Assembly: GCA_951406725.2 (NCBI GenBank)
Contig: OX597822.1
Location: 33,604,001-33,668,000 of the forward strand
Direction: 5' to 3'
Origin: Octopus vulgaris
Taxonomy: Eukaryota
DNA length: 64,000 bases
Shown here: positions 25,886-38,091 of the stretch, in pieces
Position numbering within the stretch: the first letter of the stretch is position 1
Layout: every line of letters begins with the position of its first letter
The notes under the pieces: generated by a model
Told to the model about the DNA's origin: nothing
Database searches by the model: none
The model's input: the letters and a program-made list of their open reading frames with translations, nothing else
Translations under genes and position numbers: made by a program

Positions 25886-26262
25886 GGGGGCACAAAGGCC
25901 CAGTGGTTAGGGCAGTGGACTTGCAGTCGTAGGATTGCGGTTTCGATTCCCAGACCAGGCATTGTGTTTATTGAGCAAAAACACTTAAAGCTCCACAAAG
26001 CTCCGGCAGGGGATGGTGGTGATCCCTGCCGTACTCTTTCACCACAACTTTCCCTCACTCTTACTTCCTGTTTCTGTTGTACCTGTATTTTGAAGGGTCA
26101 GCCTTGTCACACTCTGTGTCACGCTGAATCTCCCCCAGAACTACATTAAGGGTACACATGTCTGTGGAGTGCTCTGCCACTTGCACGTTAATTTCACGAG
26201 CAGGCTGTTCCATCGATCAGATCAACTGGAACCCTCGTCATCGTAAAAAACAGAGTGCCACG
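25886..26262 (+). mobile_element. SINE family C (tRNA-derived head)
   Basis: GGCCCAGTGGTTAGGGCAGTGGACTTGCAGTCGTAGGATTGCGGTTTCGATTCCC (A and B boxes), then GTGTTTATTGAGCAAAAACACTTAAAGCTCCAC. Confidence 0.88.
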
Positions 26263-28315
26263 ATGTATGTATGTATGTTTTAGTGTATGAGTATGTATGA
26301 ATGCATTTGTGTATGTATGTAGTGGTATATGTGAGACAAAGATTCGGCTAAGTTACTAAAGCATCAAACAAAATGCCTTGCACTAATTTGTTCCAGTTCT
26401 TTACTCTGAGTTCAAATCCAGCTGAGGTCAACTTTGCCCTTCATCCTTCAAGAGTCGACAAAATAATTGTATCTGTCCAGGGTAGTGCTGGTGCCATGAT
26501 TATATTCCACCAAGTGCCACATGCTGTTTTAGTGTAAGATATTAAGAGGACCCTCTAGTCTTGACAAGGATGTGGCAATTGCTCTACAGGTGGTGACACA
26601 ATAAATTGTACTCAATACACTGGGAAATGAGGCAGGTGTTATGAAAGACATCCAATCAAAATCAAAAATTAAATTGCACAAAGCAGGAGGTGACCTACTA
26701 ACCTGTCTAAGGAGTGGTAATTATGAAAAAGAACTGGTTTGGACCATGAAAAACCTAGCCAACACCTATCAGCATAAAAAGCAACAATAAAAAGATGATG
26801 ACAACGAACATGATCATGAACATCATGATATATAGCCATACATATTTTAGTTTGTGTGTGTGAGAGAGAATTGGAAAAGGTGTGTCAAATTAATTGTGTC
26901 AAGCTCGTTACATAATTGTTCAGTCTAGTCTAGTTCAAGTTTTATTCAAATTATACACACATTTCTTTTCATCAAACAGTTCAATTTTCTCAGAAAAATG
27001 AAAACCCTTTGTCAATTTGCAGTCTTTATGCCGTGAGTGAGTCATTAGCTTTTAAAACTGGGATATTAGGACATCAACCTACAACTTTTAAAAAGTAATG
27101 TAAAATTTAAAAAGGTAGGGCCATAAAGACTTATATTTAGGTTTAACAAAGACATCCATTTACAAATTCATCAGATGAACAATGGTATTTATTGCTAATA
27201 AATGCATAGTGAGTCAGTGAATTTTGTGTTGTGCAACAAACCACAGGTGACTTGATGTAATAGTATAAACCTTTTCCCCCACCAAGATTTGAACTTGAGA
27301 TCAATTGATCTGATGAAGTATCAAAATACTGAAACCACATTTTGGCTTTTTTAAGTAGAGCCTGAAGGTCTTAATCTGAAGGATGCGTTTAGTAATCAGT
27401 TTGATTAGTATGAGACATTTTGGAACCAATGTTTTGGTACCACCTACTTCAAGTCTTTTAATTTGATGCTGACTTGCTTGACATCAGACATCTTGATGTT
27501 TCTTTTCTTCTCTCTCTCTTTCTCCTCTCTCTCTTTGTCTCTCTGTCTCTATTTCTCTCTTCCCTTTCTCTCTCTTTCCCTTTCTTTCTCTCTCCCCTTT
27601 CTCTCTCTCTTTCCCCTTCTTTCTCTCTCTCTCTCTCCTCTTTCTGTCTCTCTCTTTCTCAGTTTGTGTGTGAAGAGAGGGAGAGCGTTTATGTCAATCG
27701 TGTTCAATTAATAATTGTAATCTCTCACTCTCTCTCTCCCCATCTATCTCTCTCGATCTCTCCTTATTTCCCTCTCACACCCTCTCCCCATCTATCTCTC
27801 CATCTCTCACTCTCCATCTCTCTCTCTCCGTCTCTCTCTCTTGATCTCTCTCTTTCTCTCTATCTCTATCTCTTTCTCTCTTGCTCTCTCTCTCCCTCCC
27901 CATCTACCTCTCTTGATCTCTCTTTCTCACCCTTCCTTTCTCACCCTCTCTCTATCTATCTATCTATCTCTCTCACTCTGTGTCTTGAGCATACAATGCC
28001 ATGTACAACTACTACTGTATGAGTTAGAGCCCCACATAGATTATCATCATCCAACCAGCTTTAAGCATTTAGTTTAGTTGGCCACCGTACTTAGCACTTC
28101 CTTCTCTTAATACTTATAAATTACTTCATCTTCAAATATAACTTCAAATATTTGATCTCAGTAACAGAATGCAATAAAGTGTTCCATTTCAATGATCAGT
28201 TGCATTTAGGTATCCAAATGCATTTGGTACATCCAGTGCACAACTGCAATTAACTGCAATGGTGATACATCATCATCATTTAACATCTATTTTCCATGCT
28301 GGCATGGGTTAGATG

Positions 28316-28400
28316 AGTGTTTTTCAACTGGGTTTCCCTGAGATCTTAGGGTTCCGCAAAAGGTTCCTAGAGGAACCGCAATAAAGAGTGAGATAAGCTA
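28316..28400 (+). mobile_element. hAT (Charlie-like) terminal fragment
   Basis: AGTGTTTTTCAACTGGGTTTCCCTGAGATCTTAGGGTTCCGC resembles hAT MITE 5' ends. Confidence 0.45.
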
Positions 28401-29664
28401 ATGCTAATTTCATGATCATAATATTACTATACATGCAACACATATTATTGGTTATTGTAATATTGTAATATAGACATCATCCTATCTAGCCTATTATGCT
28501 ATCAAAAAAAAAATAACAAACATTGGGAATATACATTGAGAATGCCCTTCCTAATGCCAACCACTTCAGAAAGTGTACTAGGTGTTTTTTTCACGTGTCA
28601 CTGGTACAGGTGCCCTTTATGTGCCACTGGCACTGGCAATGACCATGTTTCACTTAGCTTGATATGACTTCTCAAGTACAGCAAATCATCAGAAGTCTCA
28701 AACACTTGTCCTTACATCCATGACGTTCAACAACCAAAGATTATATATCACCATCTTGTCCCATGTCTTCCTGGGTCTACACCCCTTCTACAGGTTCCCT
28801 TCCTCTACTAATAAAGATACATATATAAATATTTATACCAGCATTTATTTTTTCTTTGTGTATGTATATAATTCTGCCTGCACATGCAGGTGTGTGTGTG
28901 AGGGGGAGGGTGTTTGTGTGTGAGCGTGCACACTTGTGCATGTGCATTTGATCATGTGTGTGTTTGTGCATGTGCATGTGTTTATGCACAAGTATATGTG
29001 CTTGTGTATGTGTATGTGTGCCTATGTGTTTGTGTGAGTGTGTGTGTGTGTATGTGTGCCTGTGTTTGTGTGTACATGTGTGTTTAGGTGTGTGCACGTG
29101 CATGCATGTATATTTGTTCACGTGTGTGTGTTTATGCATGTGTGTGTGTTCATACATGCATGTGTGCATGAGTTTTTGTGTGTACATGTGCATGTATGTG
29201 TACATGAGTGTGTACATGTGCATGTATACATACGTGAATGTGTATGTGTGTCTGTGTGTGTGTGTGTGTTTGTGCATGTGTGTTTGCTTCAAGTACCAAA
29301 AGCTAATGTTACCAAAAGGAAACAAAGAATCCAGTCAGTCGAGCCAGATTATCAGCATTCAAACAGCTGAGTCCTATCATCCAATTCTGAATTAGATCAA
29401 CTCCAGCTTAACTGGCCCCATATTTTATCAACACCGAGAAAGATGAAAAGGCAATAGTTAACTCATCAAAACTAAAATATGTATGCAGAAATGAGTTAAT
29501 ACTTCCAGAGCTGTACTAAGAAAATTCTCACATCTTTTACAAAGTCTATTAATGATATTTTAGTCTTTAAAGATCTTCATTTGACAGGTTTCTTGTACAA
29601 AACCTGCACATGATGAGATATATATATATATAGATAGATATATACAAACATATATATACATACC

Positions 29665-29935
29665 GTCGGACTGGCTCCTGTGCAGGGAACACATAAAAAA
29701 CCTTTCGAGCATGGTCATTGCCAGAACTGCCTGACTAGCCCTCGTGCCGATGGCATGTAAAAGCATCCACTACTCTCTCGGAGTGGTTGGTGTTAGGAAG
29801 AGCATCCAGCTATAGAAACTTTGCCAGATAAGATTGAGCTTGGTGCAGCCTTCTGGCTCACCAGTCCTCAGTAAAACCGTCCAACCCATGCCAGCATGGA
29901 AAGCAGGCATTAACGATAATGATGATGATAATGAT
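29665..29935 (+). mobile_element. SINE family B
   Basis: 5' units, B body, (GAT)n. Confidence 0.88.
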
Positions 29936-29961
29936 ATATATACATATGATAAATATATATA

Positions 29962-30360
29962 GGTGCAAGGAGTGGCTGTGTGGTAAGTAGCTTGCTTACC
30001 AACTACATGGTTCTGGGTTCAGTCCCACTGCGTGGCACCTTGGGTAAGTGTCTTCTACTATAGCCTCAGGCCGACCAAAGCCTTGTGAGTGGATTTGGTA
30101 GACGGAAACTGAAAGAAACCCATTGTATATGTATATATATATGTATGTGTGTGTATGTTTGTGTGTCTGCGTTTGTCCCCCTAACATTGCTTGACAACCG
30201 ATGGTGGTGTGTTTACGTCCTCGTAACTTAGCAGTACGGCAAAAGAAACCGATGGAATAAGTACTAGGCCTACAAAGAATAAGTCCTGGGGTCGATTTGC
30301 TCGACTAAAGGCAGTGCTCCAGCATGGCTGCAGTCAAATGACTGAAACAAGTAAAAGGGT
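29962..30360 (+). mobile_element. SINE family A, full-length
   Basis: Family A head, body and tail. Confidence 0.92.
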
Positions 30361-30843
30361 ATATATATGAATACATATATATATACATGCATGCATGCAT
30401 ACATACATAAACACATACATACATACATACATACATACATACATACATACATACATACATAAAGACAAACATAGAAGATTGCTTTGATCAAGCATATGGA
30501 AGAGTCGTTAATTTTCTTTCACATATGCAAATATAGGTTAACGAAAAGAAGAAATAAATGAAATCAGCAAAACAAAAAAAAAATGGTTGATTAGCTAATA
30601 GGAGCATGATGTTGTCGGTGGTGTTGGTGGTGTTGGTGGTGGTGGTGTTTTGCCTGTTGAGACTAAAATGAAGAATGAATGTTTAACTAAGAAGAGTGAA
30701 GCAGTTCAGCTTCTTAAGTAAGGCTTCTTGCACAGCATGACCAAGTGAACCTTGTTTCAAATGGAGTATCACTGTCAACTAATTTATTATCAAAACAAAG
30801 GGAGGCCAAAGAAGGACAGGCCCAGATGTCTTACACAGTATAT

Positions 30844-30904
<61 letters not shown>

Positions 30905-30936
30905 CATATATATATATATACAACACACACATATAT

Positions 30937-30969
<33 letters not shown>

Positions 30970-31024
30970 TATATATTTAGAGAGAGAGAGAGAGAGAGAG
31001 ATAAATAGAGAGATAGAGAGATAG

Positions 31025-31061
<37 letters not shown>

Positions 31062-31658
31062 GTATATACACGTATATAAATATGTGCATGTACATACTGA
31101 TATATATATATGCACATATATATATTCTATTTTTTAATTGTCTTGTGGCCATGCTGGAGCACTGACTTGAAGAATTTTAGCTGAACAAAACGACCACAGT
31201 ACTTTTTTTTCTCTAAGCCTGATATTTATTCTATCAGCCTCTTTTAAAGGGATGTAAACACACCAACACTGGTTGTCAAGTTGTGTGGTGGGGAGGGCAA
31301 TACACACACAGAAACACACACACATATACAATCACCTGACATAGCCGACCTAAACTGTGATCAAAGCCATTCAGACCATAACCATTCCTAGGGTCTCTTC
31401 CTCTCTCTCCCTCTCACTCTCTCTCTCTCTCTCTCTCTCGAGGGTGAGTGTTGAACAACAAGAAGTATATTATTTAACCCTTTCCTTGCCAGCCCAGCTG
31501 AATGAAACCACCTCTGGCTCTGTAGTACAAATGTCTTGTTTTCATAAGTTTTGAATTAAAATCTTCCACCAAACCTTAGTCACAATTAATGATCCTAACA
31601 CTACACTTTTATTCTTTTGCTCTTTTACTTGTTTCAGTCATTTGACTGTGACCATACT

Positions 31659-31920
31659 GGAGGAGGAGGAGGAAGTGGAGGAGGACGTGGAGGAGGACAA
31701 AGACGAAGGGGAGGAGGGGAAGACGACGACGGGGGGGGGGGACGAGTAGGAGGAGGAGGAGGGGCGAGGAGGAGGAGGAGGACAAGGACAAGGAGGACAA
31801 GGCGAAGGAGCACAAGGAGGAGGAGGAGAGGCAAAGAACGAGGACGAGGAGGAGGAGAGGCAAAGGACGAGGACAAGGAGGACAAGGAGGACGAGGAGGA
31901 CAAGGAGGAGGACGAGGAAG
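31659..31920. repeat. (GGA)/(GAC)-rich purine tract
   Basis: Direct observation; explains the Gly/Arg/Glu and Pro/Ser ORFs here. Confidence 0.9.
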
Positions 31921-32489
31921 CATATATTGAATAGGATAATCTAAGAAAAGAATAATAAGCCACTGCATAAAATAACACAATTTCCTTCTGTTTGATTAAA
32001 ACAGCCTTTTTAAGGGTTTGTTGTTGTTGTTGTTATTGGAAACCATATGGAGGGAACATTTGTTTGTAAAATGCCATTCAATAAAAGGGGTAACTGAGCT
32101 ATAAAAGGTTAAGAACTACCACCCTAGATGCAATCATTTGTGTGCTTTCAGCAAGCTGTTTGAACATTCAGAATGAAACAGTAGAATCCAAGGAAACTAG
32201 CAACAATCTCCTGTCTGTGTCAGCAAATAATTAAAAAAAAAATGTTTGCATAAATTAGAATAAATTGATAAATTAATTATTATCACTACAAGGAAGAAGA
32301 AAATTATTAAAATAATCCCCCTCTTCCTCTTCTTTTTCACAGCAATTTTTTGAACTATTTTGTGAACTTTCTCAACATTCCATAACCTTCGTTTTACAAC
32401 TGCTCATGTTGACAGAAATATAAGAACAGCTGCTCTATCTCCACTGTTTTTTTTTTTTTTTGTACATAAACCCACATAAAAACTCCACA

Positions 32490-32520
<31 letters not shown>

Positions 32521-32634
32521 GCGCAAACACACACACAAAACACAATCAAACTCATGCAGACAAAATGTCTAATTTTATGACCAGAATTCACAGTCAGTTT
32601 TGTTAAATTAATCAACTTGCTAAATTATTAAACA

Positions 32635-32722
32635 ATAAAATTTGAGTGAAATTGGTTGTGTAGTTCTCAAGTTTTAGGGATTCACACAGACAGACAGACA
32701 TTCTCAGTTTTATATATATAGA
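32635..32722 (-). mobile_element. Helitron-like 5' terminus
   Basis: Minus strand A|TCTATATATATAAAACTGAGAATGTCTGTCTGTCTG..GAACTACACAACCAATTTCACTCAAA, the same style as the start at 39680. Confidence 0.6.
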
Positions 32723-32899
32723 TAAACTAAACCACATTCATAATGATTTCAACCCCACCAACCCATCCATCCTACCCACCACCCCAATCCCATTCCTTCT
32801 CCAGATCACCCTTCAATAAACAGACATAGGATGAAAGACTTTTTTCCAAGCCAGCCATGATTGTCCCACCTTGCTTTCAGGTATACATATTATCTAGAA

Positions 32900-32962
32900 C
32901 AGTGGTTCTCAACCTGGGTTCATATGGGTCCCTGAGGATCCATATAAGACTTCTGGGGGTCC
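32900..32962 (+). mobile_element. hAT-Charlie-type terminal fragment
   Basis: ATCTAGAA target-like octamer followed by CAGTGGTTCTCAACCTGGG. Confidence 0.6.
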
Positions 32963-33003
32963 AAGCTCCATTCGACAAGCTAACGACTCAATCAAACCAC
33001 CAC

Positions 33004-33042
<39 letters not shown>

Positions 33043-33070
33043 AAGGTCATATCATAGCGTGATATTTTTG

Positions 33071-33222
<152 letters not shown>

Positions 33223-33287
33223 CAAATAACAAATACCCAGAATATTACGTTTTTTCCTCATGATATGAAACATCTTCCAATATTAGA

Positions 33288-33527
33288 ACTCTTTTACTTG
33301 TTTTAGTCATCTGACTGTGGCCATGCTAAAGCACCGCCTTTAGTCAAGCAAATCGACACCAGGACTTATTCTTTGTAAGCCTAGTACTTATTCTATCAAT
33401 CTATTTTGCTGAACTACTAAGATACAGGGACGTAAACACACCAGCATCAATTGTCAAGCGATGTTGAGGGAACGAACACAGACACACAAACATACACACA
33501 TACACACACACACACACACACATACAT

Positions 33528-33561
<34 letters not shown>

Positions 33562-33890
33562 ATATATACGACAGGCTTCTTTCAGTTTCCGTCTACCTTG
33601 GCTGAATTTGAACCCAGAATGTAAATACGAAAGAAATGCTGCTAAATATTTTTCTCAGCATGCTAACAATTCTGCCAGCTTGCCGCCTTATACTGAATAC
33701 ATATTGATTTCAAATTCTGACACAAGGGCAGCAATTTTAGGGCAAGGGACTGGCTGATTACATCGATCCCCAATGCATAACTGGTACTTATTTAATCGAC
33801 CCTGAAAGGATAAAAAAGCAAAGTCGACCTTGGCAAAATTTGAACTCAGAACATAAAAGCAAACAAAATACTGCTAAGCATTTTGCCTGG
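33288..33890 (-). mobile_element. Family A 3' part (33288-33597) followed by two family D fragments
   Basis: Reverse-complement A and D blocks. Confidence 0.8.
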
Positions 33891-34417
33891 CTTGCTCTCT
33901 GTCGCTCCTTCTCCCTGCTCTCTTTTCCCTCTGCCTGCTGCTATCACATGACCAGTGGCCAGTTCCTCTTTTTTCTTCCTTTCTTAGACTGGTCCCTTAG
34001 CTGACCAGTTGCAAATTCTCTGTCTCTCTCCATTCTCCATTCTCCATCCTTCCAAACATTTTCAAAATGTTAACCACTATTCTCATCTCTTTGGTTGGTC
34101 CCAAGGTTGAATTTTGTTTCACTGTTTGTCCTCGTCCACCATCCTAAATCACATGCCGTTTCATTTTGCTTGTTTTGTTTTTGTTTTGTTTGCTCTTGTC
34201 CCTAATTCTATGCAAGGAAACTTCTTTTTGCAAGCACTGCCAATTGGGAAGCACTTAGTCTTATCGTTATAGGTGTGAAACTGAACGGTACTATTGGTCG
34301 ATAACTGATGAAGAATTACGGACCTTCTGTTTGTCTCCTGTTCATTTTTGCATTCAGTATATGTTATGTCGTCTGTTTATACATTTTCCATTTACACACA
34401 CACACACACACACATAC

Positions 34418-34459
<42 letters not shown>

Positions 34460-34463
<4 letters not shown>

Positions 34464-34800
34464 AATGATAAATCTCAGAGCGAGTTATCATTGTTTGATT
34501 TCACTTTTTCAATATCAGTGTCATATCGACACTGGAAAAAGTATATGTATTTGTGAAGGAATCTGACTTCTCGTCGACAACCATGATTGTCACACGCTGA
34601 TGAAAGGTAAACACCTTGAAACTCGGGTACGTGTGTATCATGTGTTGAAGACAGGGAGGATGACTCCCCTTCACAAATACTGACAGGACACAGATAGTGT
34701 GTCTATAGCCAGCGGGAGGAGGTGTCTTCCTGGGGCTACAAACTACAGTAGCATCCACCCTTTTGGGTTAGCCATATTCAAATGGCATATATGCATCACG
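34460..34800 (+). mobile_element. ~340-nt highly structured hammerhead-bearing element (retrozyme- or Penelope pLTR-like) inside a (TA)n tract
   Basis: Consecutive hairpins over the whole length, central hammerhead, (TA)n on both sides, no meaningful ORF. Confidence 0.6.
34573..34652 (+). ncRNA. Type I hammerhead ribozyme, apparently intact, with extended stem I
   Basis: CACACG (34591-96) - CTGATGA (34597-603) - AAGGT aaac ACCTT - GAAAC tcgg GTA - CGTGTG (34630-35). Stem I continues via CATGAT/ATCATG, CAAC/GTTG and GTC/GAC. Predicted cleavage after A34629. Confidence 0.9.
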
Positions 34801-34835
<35 letters not shown>

Positions 34836-34959
34836 CTACTCTTGTGGCACTTGTGTGACATAGGGTGTTATATATGCCATAATAACGTTTTAAGACATTT
34901 TAGAAGCCCAAATCAAGATGTGTACCATGTGTGTGGAGGCATGTAGCAACATCATAAAC

Positions 34960-35365
34960 AGGTGTAGCTGTGTGGTAAGAAGCTTGCTTCCCAACCACAT
35001 GGTTCTGGGTTCAATCCCACTGCATGGCACCTTGGGCATGTGTTTTCTATTACAGCTTCAGGCCGACAAATGCCTTGTGAGTGGAATTGGTCAACAGAAA
35101 GCCCATCATGCGTGTGTGTGTGTATGTGTGTGTGTGTGTATATGTGAGTGTGTTTGTGTTTGACCCCTTCACCATCGCTTGACAACCGATGTTTGGTGAG
35201 TTTCCGTCCCTGTAACTTAGCAGTTTGGCAAATGAGACCGATAGAATAAGTACTACAGCTTACAAAGAATAAGTCCTGAGGTCAGATTGTTCAACTAAAG
35301 GCGGTGCTCCAGCATGACCACAGTCAAACGACTGAAACAAGTAAAACAATGAGAGAATAAAAGAA
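34960..35365 (+). mobile_element. SINE family A
   Basis: Family A head, body and tail. Confidence 0.9.
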
Positions 35366-35787
35366 TTAATATACATACATAATAAATCATGCATTATACA
35401 ATACACATGGACTTTTATTGGTAAGTCATCTACATCCCACCGTAAAATTTGCATGACTTTATATAATATACGAAAACATTATTCTATATGGGAGAGGAAG
35501 AAAAATGATGTCAGGGTGATTGAGAGCCACACTTCTACAAAAGAGGAGGAACAAAACTGTATAGGACCACACACACACCCTCCTTTCCCACCAATGGCAT
35601 TAATAACATACTGATGTGTGAAGTGGAATGGCTACAACCGGATATCAAACCAGGTCATGGCCTCCAACGACTAGAAGTTTACAAAATCCTCTGCTTCCTA
35701 ACTTTCCCCTTTCCTCTTTCTTTCATCAATACAAAGCTATATATAGTATGCCTACATATACATATATGTATATACATGCGTACATGC

Positions 35788-35818
<31 letters not shown>

Positions 35819-35830
35819 TATGTGTATATA

Positions 35831-35905
<75 letters not shown>

Positions 35906-36327
35906 GCGTACATGCATATATGTATATATATATATGCATGTACGCATGTATGTATGTATTACAGAAACTAACTATATTAGCTAGTACTGAACATATGGGA
36001 GTTTCCGTGTCTTTCAACACAGGTCAGCATTATGCAACGTACATTTGCATTTAAAAGCAAACCACAGTTTGAAAACCATGTATTTTAAACCTGTGGCACT
36101 CCTGGGTGAATTTTCATTTTCTTTTGAGAAATTTTTTGTGGAGTTCGTTGTACATATTTATGTGACAAGCCAATGAAAGTATATGTCTATGTTTTATTAA
36201 AATGTGACAAAAGAAGACACATTTGTTGGAGAGAAAAAAAGCTTTATTGATTTGAATACAATGTTACAACAAAAGATAGACACTACAGTAAATACAAAAA
36301 ATAACAACACCATTTCATTGAATATCC

Positions 36328-36358
<31 letters not shown>

Positions 36359-36901
36359 TCTTTTATTACGGAGATGTACTTTCTTAGCAAGTGACCTGAT
36401 CTGAGATTATGTGCTGAAACAAAAACAATTGCAGTGTGGAAAGAAACCCGTTGTATATATGTATATATATATATGTGTGGACAATCATAGCTGGCTTGGA
36501 AAAAAGTCATTCATCTTATGTCTGTTTATTGAAGGCTGGTCTGGAGAAGGAATGGGATTGGGGTAGTGGGTAGGATGGATGGGTTAGATTCACTTCAACA
36601 TTTAAATCTAATTTGCCAAAATATTTTCATCGCTTTGAAACCGTGACCTGTCCGCTGACAAAATTCCGTGCTGCATCTGTATTCTTCTATTTGTTTCAGT
36701 CATTTGACAGTGGACATGCTGGAGCACCACCTTTATTTGAACAAATCAGCCCCAGGACTTATTCTTTGTAAGCCTAGTATCTATTCTATTGGTCTCTTTT
36801 GCCAAACTAAGTTACGGGGACATAAACACACTAGCATCGGCTGTCAAATGATGGTGGAGGGACAAACATATATACACAAACATATACACACACATATATA
36901 T

Positions 36902-37180
36902 ATAACTTTGATAACTTTGATAGGTTTCGGCCAGTATAGGCTCAAGCCATGTCTAACTTAATAGCACCACCTGGTGAAGTCTTTTAGTCATATATGGGGC
37001 ACTATATATTATTGTTATTATTGTTGGAGACATATCCAGGTGAAATTTGTTCAGTGAACTTTTGAATTTTATGGGATCCATTTCCGTTTTGACATATTTT
37101 TGTATGGTATTAAACAGAGCTGGACCAGTTGCGGTAAAGCAGTTGTGACGTAATGTTGTTATGTGTCCCGAGTTCAACAT
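36902..37180 (-). mobile_element. CR1/L2-group LINE 3' end inserted in a family A SINE (36680-37283)
   Basis: Peptide TLRHNCFTATGPALFNTIQKYVKTEMDPIKFKSSLNKF; tail GGTGGTGCT..CATGGC..GAAAC(TATCAAAGT)2. Confidence 0.75.
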
Positions 37181-37367
37181 ATATATATATATACAACGGG
37201 CTTCTTTCAGTTTCCGCCTACAAATCTACTCAGGTGACTTTGGTTGGCTCGAGGCTATAGTAGAAGACACTTGCCAAAAGTGCCTGTGTGTGTGTGTTTA
37301 TATAAATACATATGGATTATATATATCGCATAATATATAAACATATATATATATATTGTGTGTGCGT

Positions 37368-37427
<60 letters not shown>

Positions 37428-37508
37428 TAGCCATGCTAATATCTGCCTGCCTGTCTGCCTATCTATCTATCTATCTCTCTCTCTATATATATATATATAT
37501 ATGGACAT

Positions 37509-37541
<33 letters not shown>

Positions 37542-37697
37542 CATAGATAGATACAGTATATTATGCTAGTATGCATGCATGTGTGGATATGTATGTATGC
37601 ATGCATATATATTATATACATATATGTATATTATCACGAGTAGAGATATATCATATTTACTTATGAACTCAAGTATAATATGACCCCCACACATCCC

Positions 37698-38091
37698 CTT
37701 TACTCCTTTACTTGTTTCAGTCATTTTACTGCGACCATGCTGGAGCACCGCCTTTAATCGACCAACTCGACCCTGGAACTTATTCTTTTGTAAGCCCAGT
37801 ACTTATTCTATCAGTCTCTTTTGCCGAACCGCTAAGTAATGGGGACATAAACACACCAGCATCAGTTGTCAAGCAATGCTAGGGGGACAAACACAGACAC
37901 ACAAACACACACACACATATATATACGATGGGCTTCTTTCAGTTTCCGTCTACCAAATCCACTCACAAGGCTTTGGTCAGCCCGAGGCTATAGTAGAAGA
38001 CACTTGCCCAAGGTGCCACGCAGTGGGACTGAACCCGGAACCATGTGATTGGTAAACAAGCTACTTTACCACACAGCCACTCCTGCGCCTA
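37698..38091 (-). mobile_element. SINE family A, full-length
   Basis: Reverse-complement family A. Confidence 0.93.

Noticed and set aside
25886-25960. tRNA-like sequences (also 47369, 48366, 53610-53691, 63920)
   Set aside because: They have A/B boxes but no complete cloverleaf that I could build, and they run into SINE bodies; called SINE heads, not tRNA genes.
31617-31978. Gly/Arg/Glu-rich or Pro/Ser-rich ORFs resembling disordered proteins
   Set aside because: This is a degenerate (GGA)n expansion growing out of a truncated SINE A tail.
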